Positions 1-13,805 of a stretch of 64,000 nt of DNA are shown here, piece by piece. Under the pieces are notes generated by a model. The model saw only the letters and a list, made by a program, of their open reading frames with translations. It was not told the DNA's origin and ran no database searches. Source of the stretch: the human T2T-CHM13v2.0 reference genome, Homo sapiens; assembly GCF_009914755.1 (NCBI RefSeq), contig NC_060937.1; one strand, given 5' to 3'. The first letter of the stretch is position 1. Every line of letters starts with the position of its first letter. A program made the position numbers and the translations under genes.

Positions 1-808
1 TGATCAAACACACAATGTAATTGTCTAAATTACCAAATTCTTAGGGTAAAGATGTTATTAATACTTAGAGTAAATTAAAGAGAACCTCACCAAAACTAAT
101 CAAAGACTTAAATGGATATTTATAAATGTAGGGTCTAACAGAAAAAACAGATGTCCGAGAACTACAAACAAATCAGAGAAAGCCCACAGACATCTTAGGG
201 ACAGAAGATATTCAAATTTTATCCAATGTTCTCCTTAAAGTAGCAGCAGATACGCTATACACTTCCTATTGGTCTGATGTAATCTTCACACATACACAAA
301 ATCACACCAGACAAGCACTATCATACACACATCTGGAAGATGGGGAAGGGAAGGCCCAGAGAGGCGAAGGTATTTGCCCAGGATACAGAGTCATCAGAAC
401 CTGAAGCCAACAGCCAGACCCAAATCAGACTTCAGAACCTAAGCTCTTGAGCTCAAACCCACAGAGATAAAGTAGTCAGATGAGTTACAATGAGATAAAC
501 CGGTAGGTGGTATATGCCCACTGGTATTGCAGTACTAAACATAGCAGACCCATGGCAAAGAACACAATATACTTTATGTCAAGAAAGATTAATTTTAGCT
601 CCATCAATCACAATGCATTTCTGAAAAAACCTACAAGCAAAATTAGTGAAGCAAACAAGAGTATCTCAGGTGTAAAGAGCTATTTGGACAAAATGACTAG
701 CAAATTTAAAAATTACAAATCATGAACTTCCTAGAGCTCTATCTAATCTCAGACCCTAGGTACGTGCATCAGTAAATATAGAACCTTTAAAATAAAAAAA
801 AGACAGGG

Positions 809-2429
809 ATCATGACATCATTGTAGTAGCCTATCAGCATTTGGGTGGTCTTGGGAAAGGATACCTGGGAATGACGACATCAATGTAGTAGCCTATGAGC
901 ATTCAGGTGGTCTTGGGAAAGGACACCTGGGAATGAGGATGTCAATGCAGTAGCCTATGAGCATTCAGATGGTCTTGGGAAAGGATACCTGGGAATGATG
1001 ACATCAATGTAGTAGCCTATGAGCCTTCAGGTGGTCTTGGGAAAGGACACCTGGGAATGAGGACGTCAATGTAGTAGCCCTATGAGCATTCAGATGATCT
1101 TGGGAAAGGACACCTGGGAATGAGGATGTCAATATAGTAGCCTATGAGCATTCAGGTGGTCTTGGGAAAGGATACCTGGGAGTGATGACGTCAATGTAGT
1201 AGCCTATGAGCATTCAGGTGGTCTTGGGAAAGGATACCTGGGAGTGATGACGTCAATGTAGTAGCCTATGAGCATTCAGGTGGTCTTGGGAAAGGACACC
1301 TGGGAATGAGGACGTCAATGTAGTAGCCCTATGAGCATTCAGGTGGTCTTGGGAAAGGATACCTGGGAGTGATGACGTCAATGTAGTAGCCTATGAGCAT
1401 TCAGGTGGTCTTGGGAAAGGATACCTGGGAATGAGGACGTCAATGTAGTAGCCTATGAGCATTCAGGTGGTCTTGGGAAAGGACACCTGGGAATGAGGAC
1501 GTCAATATAGTAGCCCTATGAGCATTCAGGTGGTCTTGGGAAAGGATACCTGGGAGTGATGACGTCAATGTAGTAGCCTATGAGCATTCAGGTGGTCTTG
1601 GGAAAGGATACCTGGGAATGAGGACGTCAATGTAGTAGCCTATGAGCATTCAGGTGGTCTTGGGAAAGGATACCTGGGAGTGATGACGTCAATGTAGTAG
1701 CCTATGAGCCTTCAGGTGGTCTTGGGAAAGGATACCTGGGAGTGATGACGTCAATGTAGTAGCCTATGAGCCTTCAGGTGGTCTTGGGAAAGGACACCTG
1801 GGAATGAGGACGTCAATGTAGTAGCCTATGAGCATTCAGGTGGTCTTGGGAAAGGACACCTGGGAATGAGGACGTCAATGTAGTAGCCCTATGAGCATTC
1901 AGATGATCTTGGGAAAGGACACCTGGGAATGAGGATGTCAATATAGTAGCCTATGAGCATTCAGGTGGTCTTGGGAAAGGATACCTGGGAGTGATGACGT
2001 CAATGTAGTAGCCTATGAGCATTCAGGTGGTCTTGGGAAAGGATACCTGGGAGTGATGACGTCAATGTAGTAGCCTATGAGCATTCAGGTGGTCTTGGGA
2101 AAGGACACCTGGGAATGAGGACGTCAATGTAGTAGCCCTATGAGCATTCAGGTGATCTTGGGAAAGGACACCTGGGAATGATGACATCAATGTAGTAGCC
2201 TATGAGCATTCAGGTGGTCTTGGGAAAGGACACCTGGGAATGAGGACGTCAATGTAGTAGCCTATGAGCATTCAGGTGGTCTTGGGAAAGGACACCTGGG
2301 AATGAGGACGTCAATGTAGTAGCCCTATGAGCATTCAGATGGTCTTGGGAAAGGACACCTGGGAATGATGACATCAATGTAGTAGCCTGTGAGCATTCAG
2401 GTGGTCTTGGGAAAGGACACCTGGGAATG
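809..2429. repeat. Minisatellite, 62-bp unit (63 in some), about 26 copies, intron 11
   Basis: Unit ATGAGGACGTCAATGTAGTAGCCTATGAGCATTCAGGTGGTCTTGGGAAAGGACACCTGGGA; starts at 871, 933, 995, 1057...2365. Confidence 0.97.
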
Positions 2430-2828
2430 TTTTGCATTAATTCTTGCAACTTTTCTAAGTCTAAAATTAAATCAAAAGGAAAACATTTAAAAGTGAAAAT
2501 CTTTGCCAATGAGGCAAGACCTGAGGTAAGTTCATTAATAATTTGAGATGCTGATTTGAATATTATACTCAATAGACATGCATTATTTTATTTTTAAATA
2601 AATAAAACATGAACATTAGCCTTATACATATTCTAAGCAACAAGAGTGCTTCAAAAAAGTTTCCCAAATTTAAACCACACTAGTCCTAAGGGTCTGCTTT
2701 TGTCTCACCTCAATGAATCAAAGTTTAAACATATTAAAGAAAAAAGTACAGAAGAAAATCGATTTATCAGTTTTTGCCCAATTCCCTCTGCATTCCCTAT
2801 CAACTCTCCAGTCCCATCATTACTATCA

Positions 2829-3228
<400 letters not shown>

Positions 3229-4382
3229 TACCACAGACAAATATAATGAATTGGTGGTTCAACTAAGGAGTACTTTAAAAGCCTGGTTGTGAAAAATATG
3301 CAAACTAAATTAATCTCAAGACAGAAGTATTGCAAATTACAAATTAGGTACTAAAGTCAAAAAAGACAATTAGCCAGCTTGTGGCTTTGACTTTTGTTCT
3401 AATTATTAGCAATATATATCCTAATAGTATGAAAACTCAGACAATTCCCACTCCAATCTCTGAAGAAAACCAGGTTTATCAATTGATCAGCAATCATTAG
3501 AAAAGTTGAAATCGCCCAAATTCATACTATAACTCACACACTAATTATTGAACGAAGAGGATACAGATTCTTTAATTAAATAAAAAGGTAAACTTTCTCC
3601 TTTTTATAATCCTAATTTTTAAAGATTGCCTTAAAATATCATCTTTTACTTCTGAAGGGTACAATTATAATGGATGATAAGAAGATACACCTCAAAACTG
3701 AGAACAGTAACACACAGAACTTTTTATTTCTGGTGTACATGCTGGTCAAAGTATTTCTCATAAATCTACACCACTAAGCATGGCTGAGAGTAAACAAATC
3801 ATAGTAATATAAAAAGAACATACGTTCTGAAAATAAAACATTGATTTTTCATTTTCTTAACCACAAGATCACTTAGACTCCCATAAACTAATTAAATAAC
3901 AAATTTTTTAAACTCAAATAACTTGGCTTATTGTGATAATGGTCAGGAGATTTAATATGCATTCTAAATAATCAATTGCACAGGTTTTTAAACAGCTATC
4001 AAAACTCACCTCATCCTGTAATTATGGAATAACTGAACATAAATGCATTAAAAATGGCAAGCCTCACTCTATCAAAGGAAACGCCCATTACCTACATGTC
4101 CTTAGCACCTTACCATTGTGATAGATAAAAACTAAATAGTACAAGAATTTAAGTCTCCATTTAATCTTGAAAAATTAAGTCTAGAACTTTAAGTCAATTC
4201 AATAATTTTATGATACTTTCCAGAAACAGACCTAAAAATAAGGATTCAAATTTAAATGATGAATACCAAATATACCTCTATAGATGGCATGTATATGTAT
4301 TTTAACATTGAACATTATATAAAATTTAAACTAAGAATTGAGCTACCTACAGTGTCAGAGGTCAGTATAAAGTTTACCTTTA

Positions 4383-4948
<566 letters not shown>

Positions 4949-5839
4949 TCACAAAAGCTCTGAAAAACTTGAGGTAACCATTAGTAAAATAAAACACACC
5001 TTACAAAGCTTCAGTTTTTATTTTAAAAGAAAGTTCATACAACAAAAGGAACATAAGAAGCCTGAAAATCCTTTTTAATCTCCAAATCCAATATGCAATC
5101 CCTATAAAAATTTTTAAAAGAACTTTTAACGGAATTGACAGGCTGATTCTAAATTCATATCTAAGTATAAATGTGCAAAAACAGAGAAATTGTGAAAAGA
5201 ACAAAAGGTAAGTACTGCCTCTACCAAATTTCAAACCATAGAGTCATTTAAATAATATTGACAGATGAAAAGCAAACAGAAAAAATACAATCCAGAAACA
5301 GATTCAAGTATATAGAGAAATTTAGTTTATGATAAAACGTAGTAAAACTTGTGTGGAGTCTCAGTTAAGGCTCAGTCAACAGTACAATGATTCTTCGTAC
5401 TATTTTTGCAACTTTTTTATAAGTTTGGAAGAATGTGAAAAAAAGTTAAAAGATATAATTTTTTAAAAGAGCAATTCCATATATAAAAATTTGAAAATAT
5501 AAAACCATCCATGATTCACTCCTAAAAAGAAAAACAAATCCATAAGAAAAATGGGCAAAGGAAACTAACAGGTAATCAGAAGAAGAAATAAAAAAATAAC
5601 CTATAAGCACGAAAAGCTGGTCAGTCTCACTAGTAATCAGGGAAATGCAAATAAACACCCCAGTGAGATGGCACATTTCGTGCATTAGGTGAAAATATTC
5701 TTATTAACATTGGGTAAGACAAAGTGTTGACAAGGACGCGGGAATGAGGACCATAACAGGAAGCTGATAGCTGCGTCAACCTGGATAGGCACTCCTGAGT
5801 GCAACGTGGCAGAAGCAGTTTAAAATATGCATCCCCACA

Positions 5840-6147
5840 GGCCGGGCGCAGTGGCTCACGCCTGTAATCCCAGCACTTTGGGAGGCCAAGGCGGGCAGAT
5901 CACAAGGTCAGGAGATCGAGACCATCCTGGCTAACACAGTGAAACCCCGTCTCTACTAAAAATACAAAAATTAGCCAGGCATGGTGGCGGGCACCTGTAG
6001 TCCCAAGCTACCTGGGAGGCTGAGGCAGGAGAATGGCGTGAACATGGGAGGCAGAGCCTGCAGTGAGCCGAGATTGAGCCACTGCACTCCAGCCTGGGCA
6101 AAAGAGCGAGACTCTGTCTCAAAAAAAAAAAAAAAAAAAAAAAAAAA
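5840..6147 (+). mobile_element. AluY inserted in an old L1M 3' fragment (~5500-6400)
   Basis: AluY diagnostics (GAGATCGAGACCATCCTGGCTAAC, GAATGGCGTGAAC); TSD ATGCATCCCCACA. Confidence 0.92.
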
Positions 6148-7368
6148 TGCATCCCCACAACCCAGCAATCCCACCTCCCAGAACCCACGTTAGAGAAACT
6201 CATAAATACGTGCAGGGAGACACATAAAAGGATGTTCATTTTAATACTGTTCATAAGATTAAAAACTACAAAGAAAACATCATCTCCATCAACAGGACAG
6301 TAGCTAGATAAAAACATATCTGTCCCTACTGTGAAATAATATGCAGTAATAAAGAAAAACTACACACACCATCGGGAAAGTGCTACAAGACAGGCTAAGC
6401 AACTCGCCCAACGCAGATGCACACACGCCATGCCGCCCATGTGTTTCAAAAGCACACAGAGCACCAGAGACTCCATTCTGCCCAAACGCTTGCTTTAAAA
6501 ACAACTTGTAACAGCACAAACAATAAATTAGAAAACAAATTGAATGTAATACAAACCTCACGCTTGCTTATTTGCAATTTCATCCATGAGAAACGGCAGG
6601 AGAACACAGGCCACTGCAGCCAGCAGCGCCCACACAAGGCACACCTGTTTCAGATGGCCAGGCCTCCGCCACTTCCCGCCACACACAGTCTGCGGCCCCG
6701 ACGGCCCACTCCCACAAGAAAGCGCCAGGGTTTTTCCAAGGCCAATGTGATATTTATGGCAGTGCTTATGTATTTCTTAAACTTTAACGTGTTAAACTGC
6801 ACTACAACTTTTGTTAGATTCCTGTCTTACTGACAAAGGTTTTGAGTGTGGTGCCCCTCACCCTACCTTCCACCAAAAGCCCTATCATTTCTATCATGTG
6901 ATTTACACAACAGTGATTTTTAAGCAGCACATGCTGCGTTACAGAACTGACCCTATTTCAATAGCTACATACACAACTAACTTGTTTCATTAAGCTGTTA
7001 GCACCAAAGTGAGTTTGCAAAGTAATCATGGCAAAGCAGCAGAATCTGCGATGATGACTGCCCCAAGACTCAGGAGGCCTCGTCCTGCTTTGCCATCCAC
7101 GTGCTAGTAAACTCGGACGAGTGATTCCACCTTGCTGAGGAATAAACTGGGACAATTCTCCACTAACCAAAGAACTCGTGAACTTATCTGCTGTTCAGTG
7201 AGATAACCAGCTGTCGAGGCACTGTGTAAAACGTATATGGTATTCAATGGAAGTGCAGTTGCATTCCTGTTAGGAGAACATGGTAATCATGAGGGGAAAA
7301 ATGAAACAGCATAACTGCGTGCCCATGCTTTTTAAATCCAAGTCTCAGAACCGAACACCGATCCTTAC

Positions 7369-7535
7369 TTCGTGGTAAGTGTCCTCAAGCTCCCCATCAT
7401 ATATCCAGCGGTACAGGAAGCTCAAAACAGGATGAGACACGAGGCTGAGGATGTGCTGCACCAGAGACCGCATGTACGGGTCTCCTGTTTTTGTGTAGGC
7501 GTGGACAGCTGAGGCCAGCTCACCTCCTTTCCTTC
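7369..7535 (-). CDS. TUBGCP3: TUBGCP3 exon 11 ([24 protein letters not shown]...LEDTYHE)
   Basis: Acceptor CTCCCAG/, donor GAA/GTAAGG; 167 nt; overlaps ORF 7345..7593. Confidence 0.95.
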
Positions 7536-9169
7536 CTGGGAGAAATGGAGGAAAATACACAAAAACATCCACATTTACACTCATAGTACACACCAGTCAC
7601 TTCTCACCAACCAAAGACGCCCAAGTAATTGAGATAAAGAGCATTTGTTTTCTTACAGTTAATACCACTTTGGACCTAGAAGCAGCAGTAACATGTCATG
7701 ATTCAGAAACCAGGAGGTCCAGACTCCAACCCTGGCTTTACACAAGTGTGTGAGTCACTCTTCTCTTTAGGACTGCTGAGGAATTTTTCAGAAACAAAAA
7801 GTAGCAAAAAATTGCCGGCTACACAATCTAAAGTTCACATGACTTTTCATGCCTTTTCTACTTGAGACATACTAAGATTCACGCTTCATGGTGCAAAGGA
7901 GGGCACAAACATGTATGAAAAGCAGAAGTCCTGTGAATCCATCCTTGTACTTTTTTTTTGGTATGGTATGCTAGCCCCAGCCCATTAACTGGTTTCATAA
8001 CCCATTAACTGGCTACAACAGACAGTGTGAGAAACACCGCTCTATGTAGAGAGAAGAGGCCCCCCGGGCCTTGGCCAGAACTACACAGTATGAAGGACTG
8101 GGAGTGGCAAAAATCCGGTCTGGAAATAGAAGCACATGAAGAGTTCTTATGTTATGCTAAAAATTCAAGATTTTATTAGACCACTGGTAGATTTTAGGGA
8201 GAGGAGTGACAGGATCTGATTTTAAGAAGATGGCTCTGGTGTGTGTACACAAAGTGGGGCTGTGAGATTGAATATGGGGATCGGACAGCAGCTCTTATAA
8301 CAGTCCCTACAGCACCAAGGCCAAGCGCACAGGCTGAGCAGAGTGAAGACAGTGAAGGACCCCAGGGGCCCGCTGGACACAGAAAGTGACAGAGGAGTTT
8401 GGGGGATCCAGTTCCGGAGAGGTGCTGGGAACTGGAGAAAACGCTGGCGTTTATTTACTGTGCTCCACTTCTCTCTTTTTTGAGGGAAGTGCCAAGAGGT
8501 GAGAGAGGAAGGTGTGCAGACAGCAAGATGACCAATGGGGCCCTGCAGATTCTGGGGAACACCCTGGGCAGAGGATGGCAGTGAGAAGGGAACTCTTGTG
8601 TGGCAGATGGCCAACTCGCCCATCTCATGTCATCCTAACAACCCTAAGAAGTAACTGCTACTAGGATCTCAATGTTACAAACGAGGGAGAAGGCAAAGAG
8701 GTTCTTGGCCAAGGTAGCACAAACAATGAGAAAAAATGTCAGAAAGCAACTAGCAATACAGAACCTAGAGCCAGAGAGGCCAAAGCAAGACATGCAAATA
8801 TGGGAACATCTGACCGAGAGTCACCAACATGGTCCCTGACTGCAGAAGGACTAAAGGCAAAAAGCAAAATGCAAGGAAAGGCGACCAAGGGAGCAGCAAG
8901 CACCATGGGGAGCCATAACCAAGGACCACACAAGAGAGAAATCTTTAAACACGAGACACCCTCCTCTTTCCCACCTCCATCTCAATGCCAGCCCGAGCTT
9001 CTACCATATAAATACTGGGCCACACTGGCAAGTGGTTACGTCCCCTCTTGGCTCCCATCTGTCGATTCCTATCGAATCAATACGGCCATTAAGGACAAAA
9101 ACGGGCAGGACACAAAAGCAAGCCTGGATGGCGCACCCTACAAACGAGTTCTGAAACAAAGCGAGTGCC

Positions 9170-9274
9170 AGACGCGCGTGGGAAAGACGCGCGTGGGAAA
9201 GACGTGCATGGGAAAGTCGCGCGTGGGAAAGTCGCGCGTGGGAAAGACGTGCGTGGGAAAGACGCGCGTGGGAC
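9170..9274. repeat. Minisatellite, 15-bp unit AGACGCGCGTGGGAA x7, abutting the exon 10 donor
   Basis: Unit starts at 9170, 9185, 9200, 9215, 9230, 9245, 9260. Confidence 0.97.
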
Positions 9275-9407
9275 CTTGGCAGTGGTCCACTAGGGCCGCA
9301 AGGGTCTTCAGTCGTATTTTGGGATCATAGGTCCAAACCAGGAGGCGCCGAAGTGTTAAACTACTCTCAAGTCCCAAATTCACACCCTGGTCATCCTCTA
9401 GTTGTAG
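9275..9407 (-). CDS. TUBGCP3: TUBGCP3 exon 10 ([44 protein letters not shown]+1 nt)
   Basis: Acceptor TTTTAG/; donor AAG/GTCCCA, non-consensus but required by phase with exon 11; 133 nt. Confidence 0.94.
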
Positions 9408-9762
9408 CTAAAAAACAATAAAGATAGAAATGTTTAAGTACAAATAACCACATAGATCACACTTCTTAATCTATATCAAGTGAACATAAGAAAATGATTA
9501 TACTCATAAAAATGAAGCCAAAGTCCCCTTTAAAAAAAAATAGTATTTTAAAGCTACCTTTAACCGGTAGAACCCCGAAAATTGGCAATTAACTGGCTCT
9601 AGGATACACTGAAACTTGATATTCAAACCTTACAAATAATATTATGAAAAATATTGCTGTATTTTAAAAGTAATGTATGAAGGAACTTAAAACATTCTAT
9701 ATAGCTTCAATTTTGTAACACTTCAAATCATAAAGAAATAAAAATAAAAATAAAATATTTAC

Positions 9763-9831
9763 CTGAGAATGTAAAACAGAGAGCAATCGATAGTATTCTC
9801 TGAGTTCCTGGTGCAAGGCAGCACAAAAGCT
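9763..9831 (-). CDS. TUBGCP3: TUBGCP3 exon 9 ([23 protein letters not shown])
   Basis: Acceptor AAACAG/, donor CAG/GTAAAT; 69 nt. Confidence 0.95.
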
Positions 9832-10141
9832 CTGTTTGGAGGAGAAATATAATTAAAGCACGACACACTCATTACACATTGACTGATTTTAAGTGGAAAG
9901 GTATAATGCGTTTAGATAAAGTTCAGGTGGGGTGCTACAAGATTTAAATTCAGGTTTTGTCAATAATCTTCTAATCATCTTAATCACCACAATATATATT
10001 TTAATAACATGAAAAAAGTGTTGTTCCTTAGTACAAAAAGCATGAACTTTGCAGAAGAGGAATGGAAAAAATATATATGGTATAGTTTTCATGAAGTGTA
10101 GTGACTTTAGAGAATGATCCTTTAAGATGATATCCCCTGTA

Positions 10142-11170
10142 GATCTAATTAAACTAAAGAGCTTCTGCACAGCAAAAGAAACTACCATCAGAGTCAACAG
10201 GTAACCTGCAGAATGGGAGAAAATTTTTACAATCTACCCTTCTGACAAAGGGCTAATATCCAGAATCTACAAAGAACTTAAACAAATTTACAAGAAAAAA
10301 TCAAACAATCCCATCAAAAAGTGGGCAAAGCATATGAACAGACACTTCTCAAAAGAAGACATTTATGCAGCCAACAGACACATGAAAAAATGCTCATCAT
10401 CACTGGCCATCAGAGACATGCAAATCAAACCACAATGAGATACCATCTCACACCAGTTAGAATGGTGATCATTAAAAAGTCAGGAAACAACAGGTGCTGG
10501 AGAGGATGTGGAGAAATAGGAACACTTTTACACTGTTGGTGGGACTGTAAACTAGTTCAACCATTGTGGAAGACAGTGTGCCGATTCCTCAAGGATCTAG
10601 AGCTAGAAATACCATTTGACCCAGCCATCCCATTAGTGGGTATATACCCAAAGGACTATAAATCATGCTGCTATAAAGACACATGCACACGTATGTTTAC
10701 TGCAGCACTATTCACAATAGCAAAGACTTGGAACCAACCCAAATGTCCATCAATGATAGACTGGATTAAGAAAATGTGGCACATATACACCATGGAATAC
10801 TATGCAGCCATAAAAAATGATGAGTTCATGTCCTTTGTAGGGACGTGGATGAAGCTGGAAACCATCATTCTGAGCAAACTATCAGAAGGACAGAAAACAA
10901 AACACCGCATGTTCTCACTCACAGGTGGGAATTGAACAATGAGAACACTTGGACACAGGGTGGGGAACTTGGATACCGGGGCCTGTTGTGGGGTGGGGGG
11001 AGCGGGGAGGGATGGCATTAGGAGATATACCTAATGTAAATGACAAGTTAAAGGGTGCAGCACACCAACACGGCACATGTATACATATGTAACAAACCTG
11101 CACGTTGTGCACATGTACCCTAAAACTTAAGGTATAATAATAAAAAAATTAATTAATTAATTAATTAAAA
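10142..11170 (+). mobile_element. 5'-truncated L1PA (ORF2 C-terminus plus 3'UTR), antisense to the gene
   Basis: ORF 10321..10935 contains [10 protein letters not shown]...[28 protein letters not shown] (L1 ORF2 Cys-rich domain); L1PA 3'UTR; TSD AAGAT(G/T)ATATCCCCTGTA. Confidence 0.96.
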
Positions 11171-11362
11171 AAGATTATATCCCCTGTAAATATTCAGGGT
11201 TAAAATGTAATTTTCTTTCATGCTCTTAATTAACAAAATTTTAAAATTGGCAGCTCAATGCCAATCCTCCTAATTTTTGTTCTGTTTGCACTGCTTGTTC
11301 TTCTGACCCCTATTAGTAGTAAGAACTTTTCCACACATCTCCAATCTTAAAAACTGATAGGA

Positions 11363-11667
11363 GGCCGGGTGCAGTGGCTCACGCCTGTAATCCTAGCACT
11401 TTGGGAGGCCAAGGCGGGCGGATCACGAGGCCAGGAGATCGAGACCATCCTGGCTAACATGGTGAGACCCCTGTCTCTACTAAAAATACCAAAAATTAGC
11501 CGGGCGTGTTGGCGGGTGCCTGTGGTCCCAGCTACTCAGGAGGCTGAGGCAGGAGAATGGCTTGAACACAGGAGGCGGGGCTTGCAGTGAGCCAAGATCA
11601 CAACACTGCACTTCAGCCTGGGCGACAGGGTGAGACTCCATCTCAAAAAAAAAAAAAAAAAAAAAAA
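11363..11667 (+). mobile_element. Alu (Y/Sc-type)
   Basis: Dimeric Alu with poly(A). Confidence 0.92.
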
Positions 11668-12467
11668 TACTGAAAGGAGTCAGGTCAAAACAACAGGAAT
11701 CAGAAGCTAGAAGAGGCATCCTGATACACCTGCATCCAGTCCTGTGGCAAGAGCCTTCAGGGATGAGCTGTGGGATGTAACTCCAGGATGCCTGGGGGCA
11801 GCTCTGCTGTTCAAGGAGCCCACAGCAGAAGCAGCCTGCAAGGGATAAACCTGTGTTCTTTCTCATTCAGTTTTATCCAGCAAAACTCCATCAAAAAAAT
11901 TTTTTTAATTGTTTTTTAAACTTGTTTTCTTTAAGTAAATATGTAGGTTGCATACCTTTCTGTATATTTTTAAAATATATCAGCAGTCACCTATAGGTGT
12001 ATTTTACTGCATTTATGGTTTGTGGACTAAGACAAATGTGAACATTTTCAAGTATGAAAATGAACATAAAACATACTAATTTTGTAGACACAAAAGGACA
12101 CGTCAAAAGTGAGGTGTGCAAGAAGAAACGTCCTAGAGTCTGGAATGAGACAGACCAGGGGGTAAAAATCCAGGGCTCCCGCTGGAGGTACCGCCACATG
12201 TCAGCCCCTGACGGTATGAACCTCTAGGCTCATCTACAAAGGGAGGAAGAATAAATGCGGTAACGTAGGGCAAGCGCCTGGCACAGTGTGGGCACAAAGG
12301 TGCTTACTAAACCATAGGTCAGTTTTCTTAGGTAATATTTACAGAGAAAACGACATGGAATCTGCTCAGGCACAGCATCACTCTTTACCAAAACTCCATC
12401 CCAGCCCCAGGGCAGGAGAGCAGACACATAAACACATCAAAGCTTTGAAAAACCTGCTGAAATATGC

Positions 12468-12820
<353 letters not shown>

Positions 12821-13459
12821 TTATATACAGGTGTATGTGAGTCAGCTTCTGAGAAGTCTACAACCAAAAGAGTGGAAGTGCAGGCAGAGCGCGGCAGCGC
12901 CACACACACTCAGAGGGAAAAGGCCTGTGGTTAGCAGAGGCTGTTTCCACCTTGGTTCATTAAATGCACATGTAAGTTTCACACTTACAAAACAGTATCT
13001 TCATTCATATATGATTTTGCTCCATTTGTATGTCTAGAGCCAGGACACCTCCAAGGCTAATTGTGGGCACTGGTAATACTGACACAGGACATAAATTATG
13101 CAAGGCATAAATTAGGGCACACGGTCACCCCACTGAGAGCACACGCTGGCTCTTCAAATAAGATAAATAAACCATCACTCCTTCAGCAACTGGATGGCAC
13201 CAAGCAATGACTCCAAACAGCAGGAAACGGAAGAACAGAGACAGCTTTGGAACAGAGTGACACGTCACACCCTGGTCCATACCTGCCATCTACTAGTCAG
13301 GGCAACTTGGTCAAATCAATCAAACTTGCTGAGGTTCAATTCTCACATCTGCAAAATGGGGACAATTAATGCTTGCCCTGATCATTTTAGAAGGCTGCTA
13401 TGATAATCGATAAGGAGAAAGAAGATAAAAGAAGAGCCTCTAAAGTCCAGTACTATAAA

Positions 13460-13805
13460 CAGCAGTCCCCGACCTTTTTGGCACCAGGGACTGGTTTTGT
13501 GGAAGACATTTTTTCCACGGACCAGGGTGGGATGGGGGGGCAGAGTGGTTTTGGGATAAAACTGTTCCCACCTCAGATAATCAGACATTAGATTCTCATA
13601 CGAAGCATGCAACCTAGATCCCTTGAATGCACGGTTCACAACAGGGATCACACTCCTATGAAACTAATGCCATCACTGATCTGACAGGAGGCAGAGCTCA
13701 GGCGGTCATGCCTGCTCGCCCTCCACTCACCTCCTGCCGTGCGGCCCAGTTCCTAACAGGCCATGAACCAGTACCGGTCCACAGTCCAGGAACTGGGGAC
13801 CCCTG
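13460..13805 (-). mobile_element. MER1B (hAT-Charlie non-autonomous DNA transposon)
   Basis: Terminal inverted repeats CAGCAGTCCCC...GGGGACCCCTG; internal ATTAGATTCTCATA; CTATAAA on both flanks. Confidence 0.85.

Noticed and set aside
809-2429. CRISPR-like array (also considered for 29542-30277, 35627-36140 and 40939-41405)
   Set aside because: Units are contiguous tandem copies with no unique spacers, there are no cas genes, and the DNA is primate intron
9269-9275. U12-type or GC-AG intron explanation for the odd exon 10 donor
   Set aside because: Sequence is GTCCCA, not GTATCCTT/ATATCCTT or GC; the acceptor has an ordinary pyrimidine tract and CAG
8800-9330. 176-aa plus-strand ORF antisense to exon 10
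   Set aside because: Partly sustained by the 15-bp repeat; no recognisable domain or promoter
10321-10935. 204-aa ORF as a host gene
   Set aside because: It is the L1 ORF2 C-terminal fragment within a 5'-truncated L1PA
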